The translations under genes were made by a program, and so were the position numbers. From Octopus vulgaris (Eukaryota): a DNA stretch of 64,000 nucleotides. The notes below the pieces were generated by a model that was not told the DNA's origin, searched no databases, and saw only the letters and a program-made list of their open reading frames with translations. Shown in pieces: positions 1 through 14,200 of this stretch. How positions within the stretch are numbered: position 1 is the first letter of the stretch; every line of letters begins with the position of its first letter. The stretch is from positions 113,460,001 to 113,524,000 of the forward strand of contig OX597821.1 in the NCBI GenBank assembly GCA_951406725.2. Direction: 5' to 3'.

Positions 1-703
1 ACTGCAGGCTGCAGTACATTGGACTAATGGACTAATGGTACAGCGTTGGAATAGCACAAGTTGAGAAATATTTTCCTCTTGTTTTTTTTTTCTCTTTTTT
101 TTTTCATGTCTCATAGTATGTTGAAGAATTGTTGAAAGAAACAAAGCTTCCCTACCATATAGATCTGGGTTCAGTCCCACTGCGGGGCACTTTGGGCAAA
201 TGTCTTCTGCTACTGCCCTGGGTTGACCAAAGCCTTCTGAGTGGATTTGACAGGTGGAAACTGAAAGAAGCCTGTCGCATGCATGTGTATATGTTATGTG
301 TGTGTGTATGTATGTGTGTATGTGATGTGTATGTATGTGTGTATGTGTTGTGTGTATATGTATATGTGTACATGTGTGTGTATATGTATGTGTGTGTATC
401 TGTGTGCATGTCTTCGTGTTTGCCTCGTCCTCACCCGTCTCACTACTAGTATTGGTTTGTATATGTCCCTATAACTTAGTAGTTCGGCAAAAGTTACCAA
501 TGAAGTAAGTACCAGGCTTGGTTTCTGCAAAAGGTTCCTAGGGGGTCTGTGAGAAAGAGTGAGATAAGCCAATGCTAATTTCATGATTGTAATATTACCA
601 TACATGCACAACATGTTATTGGTTATTGTAATATAGACATCATCCTATCTAACCTATTATGTTATCAAAAAAATATAACAACCATACATATATATGTGTG
701 TAT

Positions 704-763
<60 letters not shown>

Positions 764-1371
764 ATGTGAACTATGATGAAAAAACTGAGTATGATGTGGT
801 CTATAATTTCAGAGGTTCCTTGAGACGTGTAATTTATTTTAAGGGTTAAGCAAAGGGTAAAAAGGTTGAGAAACACTGCTTTAAAAAGGATAAGTACTTG
901 GGTAAAACCCTTCAAGGGGTGCCCCAGGATGGCCTCAGTCGAATGACTGAAACAAGTCGAAAAAATTCGGATGAAATAAAAATGCCGACTTGTGAGAGGA
1001 AATGTTCTCTCTGTGCACTAATTAAGATTGCAGTGGAGTTGGTGTTTCATGAAATATTTATTGTTTCTTCGAGTGATATCAGAATAAAGACACAAGCAGC
1101 TGCTGGTGAGATTTGCATTGAAAGAGCGCAGATTTAACTGTATAATATTCTTTGACTGGTTTCAGTCATTGGACTGCAGCCATGCTGGAGCACCACCTTT
1201 AGCCGAACAAATAAACGCCACAACTACTTCTTTGTAAACCTAGTACTTTGTCAGTTTCTTTTGCTGAACTGCTAAGTTACGGGGGACGTAAACACACCAA
1301 CATCACTTGTCAAGCAATGGTGGGGAGACAAACACAGACATACACACACACATATCTTTCTCTCTCTCTCT

Positions 1372-1435
<64 letters not shown>

Positions 1436-2155
1436 ATGTATATGCTAGCATGGAAAGCGGACGCTAAATGATGTTGATGATATATATACACAAACATACA
1501 GTTCTATTATTTACAGAGGAATCATGTACATTATTTACATTTGATGGATATTTGTCCTCATCTTGTTTGTTGTTAACATATTTCAGCTGATATACCCTCA
1601 CTTCATGTTGTTATTATTATTATTATTATTATTATCATTTAGGTGTGTAAAAAGATTCGAGCAAGGTCATTACCAGTACTGCCTGACTGGCCCTTGTGTT
1701 GGTGGCACGTAAAAAGCACCCACTACACTCTCGGAGTGGTTGGCGTTAGGAAGGGCATCCAGCTGTAGAAACTCTGCCAAATCAAGATTGGAGCCTGGTG
1801 CAGCCATCTGGTTCGCCAGCCCTCAGTCAAAATCGTCCAAGCGGACGTTAATGATGATAATGAGGTCACTGCCAGGAATTGAACTCGGAAACTTGGGGTT
1901 AGTAGCCTGCGCTCTTAACCACTATACCATATGCCTGTGGGCGATTATAGAGTGAATTTTCGGGCTTATAAATCTAATATTTTCCTATCCTACCAGGCAG
2001 TGATCTGAATAATAATAATAGTAATAATAATAATATCAAAAGATACCAGGTTCGAAATTTGCCCAAGAAACCTGATGAAGGCTGGAGGGTCTATCAGCCA
2101 AAATATCGTTTTAACAACAGGCAAGATGAGGACAAATATTCGTCAAATGTAAATA

Positions 2156-2231
<76 letters not shown>

Positions 2232-2392
2232 GATAGGCTTCTTTCAGTTTCCGTCTACCAAATCCACTCACAAGGATTTGGTCGGCCTGAGGTTTTAGTA
2301 GAATACGCTTGTCCAAGTTTCCACACAGTGGGACTTAAGCTGGGACCATGTGGTTGGTAGGCAAGCTACTTATCACACAGCCACTCCTGCAC

Positions 2393-2433
<41 letters not shown>

Positions 2434-2442
2434 CATATATAT

Positions 2443-2802
2443 ATCATCATCATCATCATCATCATCATCGTTTAACGTACATTTTCCATGCTAGCATGGG
2501 TTGGATGGTTTGACTGAGGACTGGCAAGCCAGTAGGCTGCACCAGGCTTCAATCCGATCTGGCAATGTTTCTGCAGCTGGATGCCCTTCCTAATGCCAAC
2601 CTCTGCAAGAGTGTAGTGGGTGCTTTTTACATGTCACCAGCATGTCAGTCAGTCAGGTGGCACTAGCATCAGCCATATTCGGATGGTGCATTTTACGTGC
2701 TACTGGCATGAGCCTGTCGGGACATGTGGGCTAGCATCGACCACGTTCAGGTGGTGGTTTTTACATGCCACCGGCATGGGGAGCCAGTCAGGCGGCACTG
2801 GC

Positions 2803-2803
<1 letters not shown>
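2443..2803 (-). mobile_element. RTE-3'-UTR-derived short repeat (other copies e.g. 1645-1862+, 3466-3790-, 8605-8810-, 9580-9845-, 26452-26700-, 28514-28667+, 32522-32800+, 40675-40823+, 55087-55400-)
   Basis: Shares TTTCCATGCTAGCATGGGTTGGA, GCTGGATGCCCTTCCTAATGCCAACC, GGTGCTTTTACGTG and the (ATC)n end with the RTE 3' UTR at 14705-14900. Confidence 0.8.
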
Positions 2804-2852
<49 letters not shown>

Positions 2853-3040
2853 AGTGTGTGTTTGCTCCAGCATGGCTGCAGTTAAATGACTGAAACAAGT
2901 AAAAGAATGTGTGTGTGTATATATATATATATATACAAACACACGTACACAAAAGTTGTAACTTAGTGTGCGCTTCCAACTGGTCAGGTCCCCACGCATT
3001 GCCCTCTTCTATTACCATAGAAGTTTGTTGATGGAATGAC

Positions 3041-3338
3041 TAATCTTTTCGCTTTGACCGTCAGATTTTTAAAATAATTACTTTGTAACTAAACACTTTT
3101 AAACTTCGTATACTGGTAGAATGTATTTATAAAACATATTTTTCTCTTGGCTTTCTTGAGAAAATTCTGTAGTTTGTAAGCTATTTCTTGTTTATTTTCT
3201 TGCATTTTGGCAATTTCAACCAGTCAATGACGTCTATTGAGGTGAATTCAATATCTCCAGAGTGTTGTCAACAACAGTAATTTCTGGTGTCATATGAAAT
3301 TGTCATATGAAATTTGCTGGTCAAAGCGAAAAGATCCA
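3041..3338. mobile_element. MITE with 17-bp terminal inverted repeats
   Basis: ATCTTTTCGCTTTGACC (3043-3059) / GGTCAAAGCGAAAAGAT (3319-3335); GAATGAC duplicated at 3034-3040 and 3339-3345; uninterrupted paralogous site at ~3854-3987. Confidence 0.8.
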
Positions 3339-3394
3339 GAATGACAAATGTGGTCACCATAAAGAGACATCTGTACATCATTGGAATATATATA

Positions 3395-3428
<34 letters not shown>

Positions 3429-5099
3429 CGTATGGTGATTGCCCCATCTCAGTTGATTGTCATCTCCATCATCATCATCTTTTAATGTCCGCTTTCCATG
3501 CTGGTATGGGTTTGACGTTTTGACTAAGGGCCAGTGAGCCAGAGGACTGCACCAGTCTCCAATCTGATCTGGCAAAGTTTCTACAGATGCACGCCCTTCC
3601 TAACGCCAACCGCTCAGAGTGTAGTGGGTACTTTTTACATGCCACCAGCACAAGAGTCTGTCAGGCAGTACTGGCATGGTACTTTTTACGTGCCACCTGC
3701 ACAGGAGCCAGTCAGCAGCCATAGCAATGATCATGTTTGAATGGTGCTTCTAACGTTTCACTGGCACAGGTGTCCAATGGCATTTCCAACTTTCCATCCA
3801 TGACCTCTCAGTCCCATTGCGGACCTGCATGGTTTGAAGTATAGGTGACCTATAAAAATTGTAACCTACTGTGCACTTCCAACTGGTTAGTCTCCACATA
3901 GTGCCCTCTTCTATTGCTGTAGGACTTTCAGTTGATGGAATTACAAATGTGGCCACCATAAAGAGACATCTGTACATCATTGGAATACAGTGATAAACGC
4001 TTGTATGACACAAACACCAGACTGGATAAATCGCTATTTGTTGTTTGGTCGTTTTTTTTAACTAAAATAGTCTTTTATTAATTTGAACTTTTTGGCTTGT
4101 CTTAATAGTGATAGAGCAAGGATTGCACCAATTCATGAGTTCCTTCATTTTGAGATTGTAAGGTGTGATTTAAAAGAGATTCGACTGCTATTTCTAAAGC
4201 TACAAGGTTGCTTTGCACTATATATAATGTAGCCACATGTAGCATATCTAAAAATAAGATCAGATGGTCACAGCTGGAATGCCTTGGCCTCTGGTTAAAC
4301 AAGAATTTATAGCGTTTTTATAGCTTTGTTTTTAAGTATTCAAATAATTCAGGGACGCCATCTGCATAAAAACTGTGTTAACATCTTAGACAGGAAACAT
4401 TGGGGGTTGCGGGGGAAACCTTATTGATTCTTGACTTACGTTATTGTAGAAGTTTCTCGCTGATGAATTCATAAGATTGAAACTTATCCAGATTTATTTG
4501 GCTGTGATTACCAAAATAATTTAAATATTCAATGGAATTTTTTATTTTATTTTATTTTTTTTACAGCTTAATAATTTTTAGTATTTTAATGCTTTCTGAT
4601 ATATGTAATGCTTATACATTGGTCTGCTTGTTTGGCCAGCGGGATGGCGTTATTCGAAAGCTAAAAAAAATAAACTATGCAAAAGGGCATTGTGGCCAGC
4701 GATGTATAACAACAGCCGATAGTCTGGTCGATCACGTGATACACAGACATACACTCGTTGAGTTATCTTGCTTGTTCTTTCTCTCTCACTCACTCCCTCC
4801 CCCTCTCTCTCTCTCCCTCTCTCTCTCGCTGTCCGCGGGCATGTTTACGAAGTGGTAGTGTTTACTACATCAGTAGTGGGTTTGTCCTTTTTTTTTTTTT
4901 TTTTCCTGTGGCCCACAAATCTGGAGACACTTTCATGAATTGAAAGTTATTTGCTATACTGAAAGGAATATGACAGGTGGTGTGTGTGGTAAAAGACAAA
5001 TGTACCTGATTTTATGTCGACTTAATGTAGTGAAGTTTAAACAAATGATAATTTTACCACGTGTCATCATCGTTGATGTCTGAAAAGGTTACATGAATG

Positions 5100-5136
<37 letters not shown>

Positions 5137-8100
5137 GATAGATTTGAGATGATGGTAGGTTGGTAGGTAGAAAGATAGACAGACAGACAGATAGATAGAT
5201 AGATAGACAGATAGATTGATTGATCAACATTTGTGAATTAAAGATGAGAACAGCCAATAAAAACCCAGCTGGATCTTCAGCTACTGACTCGACCGTCTTC
5301 TCTCAATGATACATCAATTTACAACGAGACGTGTCACTGACAAGACACTCTGTCTATACATTGTCATTCACTCTCTCCAACGATACACACTGACTGCTTT
5401 TAAGCAGCGAATAAATGACGTTCACAAGTCTTTCTTTCTTTCTGTCTTTGTTGCTTTCTTTTTCCAAGTCTGGCAGTCTATTATTATTATTTACTCCTTT
5501 TTCTTTTCGTTTCGTTTTCCCAGATCGTCGTCTTCGTTACTACTTGAAACATTTGTCGAAATGTTTTTGCTTTGTTTTGCATTTTAATTCATTTACCTAA
5601 TTTAAAAAAAAAAAAGATATTTTTTTTACTGCGCAACACAAATACTATATCTATCTGTATACCTATCTGTCTGTCTGTCTACCTCTCTGTGGATGTATGT
5701 GTGTAGATAGACATGAACTTGCATTATTTTTAGTGTCAGCTATTACATCGTTACATTTGAGTTTTGTTTCCATTCATATTGAATAAAACAAGCTGCCAAC
5801 CCACCAACTATTTTTTTCTAAGCGTGAATCTGCCTTCATTCATCGTTTGATTAAAAAAAAATTTATTTTCTTCTTTCATTGTTAAAAAAGCTGAGTTAAT
5901 TTTACTTCGAATGGTGTGAGTTTGTGGAGGTGAGGGTATTATAATTCACTGTAATCTCTCCTACAGCGTCGACTCTTTTTTTCTTTTCTTTTCTTTTTTT
6001 TTTTTCCGAGTTCAAACCTGACTCGAGTCGGCTTCTATCTTTTCTTTGTCTACAAGCATGTCTGTGTGGTTAAGAAGCTCTTTTGCAACCATGTGGTTTC
6101 GGGTTCAATCCCACTGCGTGGCACCTTGGGTAAGTGTCTCTTGAGTGTGTGTCTTTATTCCCACCACATCACTTGACAACCGATATTGGTTTGTTTACGT
6201 TATCGTAATCCAGCCGTTAAGCAAAAAACACATAGATACCAGACTTCGAAAATAAGTTCGACTAAACCAGTCAATGCAGTGCTCCAGCATGGCTGTAGTC
6301 CATTGATCGAAGAATACCAAAAAAAAAAAAAAGCCTAAAATAAATCGAAAATGGTTGGGTGGTTGAAGCAGCGGATAATCATGCAGCCGAGAGGTGTGGA
6401 GAGGCAGTCCTGACCCATTCATACGCCAGTGGGGTTGATCGATGTGAAACATGACCAAGGTTATTTCTTTGAGAGTTGATTCAAAGGAGAGGAGTTCCGA
6501 CTAGATGAAATCTCCAAGGAGTTTTAGTGGCCAAGTCTCCGATATCCATGGAGCTAAAAAGTGTCAGCAGAAGAGCTCCCAGGAGTCATAACCTGGACAC
6601 AGTACAGAGCCCTTAGAATGTAAAGAAGGGCCAAAACACTTGTCAGAGGGTGGTGGGATTCTTCTCTGAAGATCTGCTGTTCAACTCTCTCTCTTGGGAG
6701 TTTCTTACCACTCCACTCTTGACATTAAGGTGGTTCTGTGCCAATTCCTGGGTTGTAGCAGGGTGGAGGTGGATAACCAGTCACTGACCATTTCCTGTTG
6801 AAAGAGGAATTTTGTGAAATTGTTGATTCAGTGGCCAACTGCATCAATCATTTTCAAAATATGATGATGTGACTGATTGAAAGAAATCAATGACAGTTTG
6901 GAATTTCAATATTTAATTTTGCAATATTGAATTTAGATTTTCTTGTTTGATAGGAAATTAAGGGGTAGAGGGAAAGAATTAGTTTTACTTCAAAATAAAG
7001 ATACTTCAAAAGTTGCCTTGTGTAGTTTGACTTCTTTTAGTGGCGGCGGTGGTGGTGGTGGTGGGTGCTTTTTAAATCAAATAGGAATGGATTGATCTAA
7101 ATTCTTTAAGGGTGCATGTTATTAATATGTGCTTTTTGCATTGAATTCCTCATCATCACCGCCTGTTGTCACCATCATCTTTACTGTCATCAACGTCATC
7201 ACCATCATTGACACCCACCACCATCATCAATAAAATCATCACTATCATCATGGATCTTGATCAACAATCACCATTTAGTTCTAACAGACTTTTGATGGTG
7301 TAACAGAAAGCAGCCCTTATAAGCCTGTTAAACAAAAAAATTAAAAACCTGTAACACTTAATTGTTATTTGTCAAAGAGAAATCTCCATCTTGGTTGATT
7401 ACATATTTTCCCCCTCATTCATCTGATCTTGATAAGTTAGTAGAATTGTTTTGGTTTCTTTGATGTGAGTTTAGAAAATATCTTTTGATAAAAGAAACTT
7501 ATTTTGTTGTTCAGTTAAAACCACCACCATCTGGCACCTTCTGTACCTTTAGCAGATCCCTTCCTGTCTCAAGCATTCAGCCCAAGCCTCCAATTTGAGT
7601 ATCTCTCTCCTATTAGTCTTGAAGTGCTGGTTAAGGGTCATGGTTACTGCTTTCCCTCCTGACACTAAAAGATAAAGCAATATATATAAAATGTAATAAT
7701 ATTTACCATTTTTTTTAATGCTGGCATGGATTAGACTGTTTCATCAGAACCAACAAGCCAGTGGACTGCATCGATCTCTTACCTCTGCTTTAGCTCATAC
7801 TTTATGCCAGGGTGTCCTTCCTAATGCCAACCTCTTTGCAGTATGTAGGGTGCCTTTTTTTGTGGCACCAACACTGAGGTCACCAAGTAACTTGGAAAAC
7901 AAGACCTCCTCAAGTGAGTGGGGTTTGTAGTATTGTTGTACTACTGGTGTGATGTGTGATTGCCGTTGTGCTGTAGTTGCTGTTTTACGCTAGTAGCCAC
8001 AATAGTTACTAGTCATCGGATACCGTTGTATTTCTTCATACCAGAATAGTAAAACACTAATTTTTTCTGTCTTACTATTGTTGATAGGTCCACAAGATTC

Positions 8101-9954
8101 TGACTAGAACTATCAACTCTCAACTCATTGACTCTCGACCCTCTTTTGATGACCGGCTACTGGTCTATTTATAATGGCTGGATCCTACCACTTTTTACCG
8201 GGAAGGTTATACAGTTTCACTATACAACAAGTATTGGAGAAGGTGTTTTTATGCCAAGTGTTGAGAGGGATAGGGACAAGTGTCTTATTATGGAGGAAAT
8301 ACATGGCTATCCCAGTTGGGGAAAGAGAGAAGACGGTAATGATGAGGTGTCAGGGCAAACCTTTAAGGCACAGGATGGTCAATATGAGAGAAGTGGAATT
8401 GAGGATTGGATAGGGTGAGTGAAAAAGGGTGTGGCAGGTGGATAGAGATGGGGATAAAGGTGAACATGGTGGTCACATGGTCAGTGGTGAATATGAGTAA
8501 ATGGATATGTAACACCTTAAAACAGATGCTTAATTAGGGTGATAAGGGTTTTCTGCTTATTCTTAATAAATGAAATGACCCTAAATAGAGTTTAAAAGTA
8601 ATTATAATGTCTGTTTTCCTTGCTGGCATGGGTTGGACAGTTTGATAGGTGCTGGAAAGCCAGGGGTCTGCACTAGACCCCACTTGTCTGTTTTGGCATG
8701 GTTTCTACTGTTGGATGTCCTTTCCAATGCTAACCACTTTACAGAGTGGACTGGGTGCTTTTTATGTGGCACTAGCAAGAGTGCTTTTTACATGGCACCA
8801 AACAGGAAGTAGGTCATGTATCTATCTCCATTTTGATTTCCATTATCCTCCATCTAACTTTCTTCACTTTAAGAATTTATAGAACTTTTCTCAAGAGAAT
8901 CTAGAATAATGAAAATGAGAACTAGTTTCTTGTCAAAGAGAGAGAGAGAGAGAGAGAGAATTGGTCTTAGAGAAATTGTATTTGTTTGTCTGGAATAACT
9001 GTAATTGTATTTCTATAGTTATGGTAAGGGTAGGTTATCTATCAAATGTAATGTATTTTTGAAAGATTGTCCCAAAGAAATGCCATTTCCTTGACTCTAG
9101 GTCTCTTCTCTAAGTTCTGGTAACTATACACAACTTACACTGCAAAACTGACAGACAGCCCAAGTTCTGACATTACTGTTTTAATGTCCACTTTTCCACA
9201 CTTACATGGGTCGGACAGAATTTGTTGAGGTAGATTCCTATGACCAGGTGCCCTTCCTGTCACCAACCCTCACCTGTTTCCAAGGAAAGTTATATTTCCC
9301 CCATAACTAGACATGATTTTTCGTATAAGATTCAAAATGAACAACCTCACTTGTATGACAGTGATGCTCCTTTACAACCATCACATGATATCTTGGCAAG
9401 GGTACACACACACACACACGCACACACACACAAGTTTCCATCTCCCAAATCCACTTCCAAGGTTTTGATCGATCTGGGGCTATAATAGAAGACACTTGCC
9501 CAAGATGCCATATAGTGGGACTGAACCCAATACCACATGGTTGGGAAGCATGCTTCTCAACCACATAGTCATGTTTCAACATCATCATCATCACCATCAT
9601 CAACATTTAATGTCCGTTTTCCATGCTGGCACGAATTGAATAATTTGATAGGAACTGGTAAGGCCAGGAGCTGCACCAGGTTCCAACGGCTGTTTTTGGA
9701 AAGGTTTCTATGGTGGATGCCCTTCTTAACACCATCCACTTTACAGAGTGTTCTCGGTGCTTTTTACATGGCACCAGTATTGGTGCTTTTTACATGGCAC
9801 CAGTATTGGTGCTTTTTATGTGGCACCAGCACTGGCAGGGTCACCGTGTACAAAGTTAGGATATTTCATGAATCTGCTGTAAATGATGATTGTATTTCGC
9901 AATAAATTGAAATACTTAACCTACTGCTTTGAGATGTGTGTTATGACAGGGTTA

Positions 9955-10130
9955 ATGTTTGCCGACCCCATCACCTTCAAACGAAACCTGGACAAATTTT
10001 TTTGTAGGGACACCTGATAAGCTGCCCATACCTGCATACATCTTGGTCAACAACAACTCGCTACTCCAATGGGCCATGATACCACAAAACTTAACTTAAA
10101 AGATCCTATCAGGTGGTTAGACATGATCTG
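9955..10130 (+). mobile_element. 3' remnant of a CR1/L2-group LINE
   Basis: DPITFKRNLDKFF..PD....AY....NSLLQW C-terminal motif. Confidence 0.5.
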
Positions 10131-10860
10131 GGCCAATCTTTGAGCAGAATATATCTAGGTTACGTAGTTCATATCTAAATACATTTTAAAAATATTTATT
10201 TATCTTATTTTGCCAGCTGTCCTTCCAGTTGTGCTTGAGAGTGTGTGGGTGTACATTAGAGACCTACTAAACTATATGCTCTACAGCAGCTGTAAGCAGT
10301 TTGATGTCCAGAGGCCACATGTGCGTTGTAAACATTAATTGTATGACTCAGAAATAGGTCCCCAAAACTCATTTTTAAAAAAAAAATTTGATTCTAATAG
10401 GAACAGGAGATAAACAAGTGGAATGTATGATTTGGTGATGAGTGAAGCTAATGAACAAATCAAACCCCAGTACATATTTTTAGATTTTGTTACTCATCTT
10501 ATTTTATCACTTTCTTTCACCAAACGATTAAACAAACCAACACCAATTTTCTAGTTGTCAAGCAGTGGCAGGGGACACACACTATATATATATATATATA
10601 TATCCACACAGAGGCATAAGTGTGGCTGTGTGGTAAGAAGTTCACTTCTCAACAACATGATTCTGGTTTCAATCTCACTGACCACAGTCTTATAAGTGGA
10701 TTTGGTAGACAGAAGCTGAAAGAAATGCATTATGTGTGTGTATGCATGCGCATGGACAAATCAACCCAGTACTTATTTTTTAAACCTAATACTTATTCTG
10801 TTAGTCTCTTGCTGAACCACTAAGTTACAGAAACGTTAGACACCAACACCAGTTGTCAGT

Positions 10861-10914
<54 letters not shown>

Positions 10915-11136
10915 TACATACATATAGTTTCCATCTGCCAAATCCACTCACAAGGCTTTGGCCAGACCGAGGCTATAGCAGAAGACACTTGCCCAAGGTG
11001 CCACTCAGTGGGAATGAACCCGGAACCATATGGTTGGTAAGCAAGCTACTTGCCACACTGCCACTCCTGTGCCTGCTAGTGTCTTTTTTCTTTCTTTCTT
11101 TCTTTCTTTCACTTCTCTCTATTTCTGCAATTGCAG

Positions 11137-11229
11137 CATGACAACCGAGCTGTTCCTTCTATGGCTGATTTTGAGAGGAAGTTGTCAGAGTCCGATGTTT
11201 ATTTACAGATCCTTATTGAGCAAGTGAAG
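11137..11229 (+). CDS. OSBPL9: Internal coding exon of an OSBPL9/ORP9-like gene (HDNRAVPSMADFERKLSESDVYLQILIEQVK)
   Basis: Polypyrimidine tract + TTGCAG acceptor, AAG|GTAAGT donor, 93 bp phase 0-0. Peptide resembles the vertebrate ORP9 post-PH segment as recalled (VPS..DFDKKL.EAD.YLQILIEQLK). Confidence 0.85.
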
Positions 11230-12847
11230 GTAAGTGTATTCGGTTTCTTTACTCTAGAACCAGTCTACAGGAAATATTCATTCCTTCAACTCTTTCAGGT
11301 GAGAGAATTTTTTCAGGAGATGCGTTAAAATTTAGCTTGTTTATTTGTTTTCAAGAATTTCAAAACAGGAGCTTGAATTTCTTTTCATAAAATCTTTCTC
11401 TCTCTTCCCCCAATCTCTTTCTCTCTCTCTCTTTTTCCTTATCTCTCTCTCTCTCTCTCTCTTCCCCTTATTTCTCTCTCTCTCTCTGTTTTCTGTTCTC
11501 TCTCTCTCTCTTCTCCTTATCTCTCTCTTCTTATCTCTCTCTCTCTCTTCTCCTTATCCCTCTCTTATTTTTATCTCTCTATCTCCCCCTATCTCTCTCT
11601 CTCTTCCCCTATCTCTCTCTCTTCCCCTTATCTCTCTCTCTTCCCCCTACCTCCCCCCTCTCTCTCAGATCAACAGCAGTAGATAACTTGTCATTCATGA
11701 TCATCATAATCATCAGTGTTTTACAGCAACTTTTATATGCTGGTATGGGTCGGACAGCCTTTCTGAAGCAATGCTTTATAGACAGATGCCTTTCCTGTCA
11801 CCAACTTTCATCTGTTTCCAAGCAAGGTTATATTTCCTCATGGAGCTAAAATAGAAATTATTTATGAAAACTGTTAATTAGATTTGGCCCGTACTTTTTG
11901 CTAACTGTGATTTTTCTCTCTTGTTAAATCAGTTACTATGTATATATATAGTCTACTAGACTATATCTATGTGTGTATCTATGTTTATGTATTTATGTAT
12001 ATGACAACTGTCTATTCATTAGATGTGCATGACCATCGCTGACAAGTGTTAAACGTCAGCAATACCTGTGCAAGTTGAGTGCAGTTTGCACAACACTATG
12101 ATGACTCACACCAGCCATACCTGGCAGTGCAGTGACAAGCAAAGTGCAAGATATCTGGACCTGTAGAGCAGTGGGTTTTATACAGAGTTAGCCTTCTCTT
12201 TGAGGGATGCTTTGACAATGAGTTGGGGTCCCTTATTGCCAGTGAGCTTACTATATCCTTGGACACCAACCCATCTTTAAAATAATGATGGTGATATATT
12301 GTCTGTTAGAAAACTTGTTTGCTAAGTTCGTTCCAGTGTTTCCTAAATAACTCATGTAAATGTCCTTTTACTTAATGGTTTAATAAACTTCGAGATTGCT
12401 CGTTTGCTTGTATTGACTTTGGCTGGCCACTTGCTATTTTGTATTTATCTGTGTGTGAAACAGTGAAGGCCAGTCAAACATCTTTTACTACATCAAGCTT
12501 TCATCTTTACTCTCAGTCAGTGTTATCAATCAGCCTCTTTCTTCCCAATACCCTGTCAGATGCGTAACACCCTTGACGCCACATTAAGGTTTACATTCTT
12601 GGTTTTTCTTTTTTTTTTTTTTTTTTTTCAGGTTCACTTGCGTAAAATTACAAATTACAGCAGCATCTCTGTCACAGAACTCAAACTTGTTTCCGAATCG
12701 CTAAAATAATTTGATTGTTAGTCCAATTATTGATTCCAACAGACCTGAGTTATTTTCATCTCATTGGCACAGTCTTGTTTTATTGATCACAACCACTTTT
12801 TCTTCTTCTTTGCTGCTTTTTCTATTGACTTTACCTGAGCCACCTCT

Positions 12848-12888
<41 letters not shown>

Positions 12889-14102
12889 ACAGATGCAGGC
12901 ATGGCTGTGTGGTTAAGAAGCTTGCTTCCTAACTATTTGGTCTTGAGTTTAATCCAACATACAGCATCTTTGGCAAGTGTCTTCTACCATAGTTTTGGGC
13001 TGACCGAAGCCATGTCAGTGAGTTTCATTGACAGAAAGTAAAAGAGACCCATGTATATATATATATATATATATATATATGCATATTTGTGTGTGTTTGC
13101 ATGTAATCTTGTTTCTGATATCACATGACAGTTGTAAACAAGCACAACCCTTATACAAGTGGTGTTGTTTGTTTCCTGTGTTTCGTGGGAAACATTTCCT
13201 TTCATGGGAAAATATTACTTGGCTTGGAAACAGGTGAGAGTAGCAACAGAAAGGGCAGCTAGCCAAAGAAAACTTGCATCCACAAAGTCCATCTGACCCA
13301 TGCATGCATGGAAAAATATATGTTAAACAGATATAATGTTCACACATGTACGTGCATGAGTGAGGGAACATATGAAAGAAGGTAGCACTCAACACATTTA
13401 ATTGGATTTGCATGTAGTCAACAACGGTTTGACTCAGCCCCACATGACTTAGTTTCTTGAGCATGTAGTTCACAGATTTTTGACAGCGCACTCCACTTTC
13501 AATCACCTGATGAAATGGACTTGTTTGGCACACCCATCAATCTTTAAGACACATGGAGCCAAAAAACAGATTGTTATTAAATACATGTAACTCTGATCAT
13601 ATGGGTCAAGTGAGACTTTCTTTCCTTTCTTCATTTACATGTGTGTGTGAAGGTGTGCGGCCTAGTGATCAGGGTGTTGCACTCACAACTGCAAGATCAT
13701 GGGTTCAGTTCCTGGACTGAGCAGTAAAACACTTCATTTCACTCTGTTCTGTAATTATTTCAACATCTGGCATGTGGCACGCATGCGGCATGCTTGTTTA
13801 CCTGGACAGGCAATGTCAGTTTAATGGAAGCAGTGAGCTAATGTACAGTATATATGAATTTGATTGGTTTAAACAAACCGTTTTGTGTAGGTCATTCACC
13901 AAAAACTGAACAAACCTATCATCTTCAATGAGAAATTACATCACACACAAACACACACACACACACACACACAAGTAAGCACACACGCATAGCAAGGTTG
14001 AGTAACATGCTTTTTATTAAATCTGAAAAAAATCTGTCTCTGAGCAGTAATGTGAAACTCCGAGTAACAGTTTATGAACATGTGTTTTAGCTTTAATAAA
14101 AA

Positions 14103-14134
<32 letters not shown>

Positions 14135-14200
14135 GTGTGTGTGTGTATTTATGTGTGCATATATATATGCGTGCATTTATATATGTATGCATATATATAT

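Noticed and set aside
129-915. YI/CV/HT-rich ORFs here and throughout the window
   Set aside because: Translations of (TA)n, (TG)n and (CA)n microsatellites.
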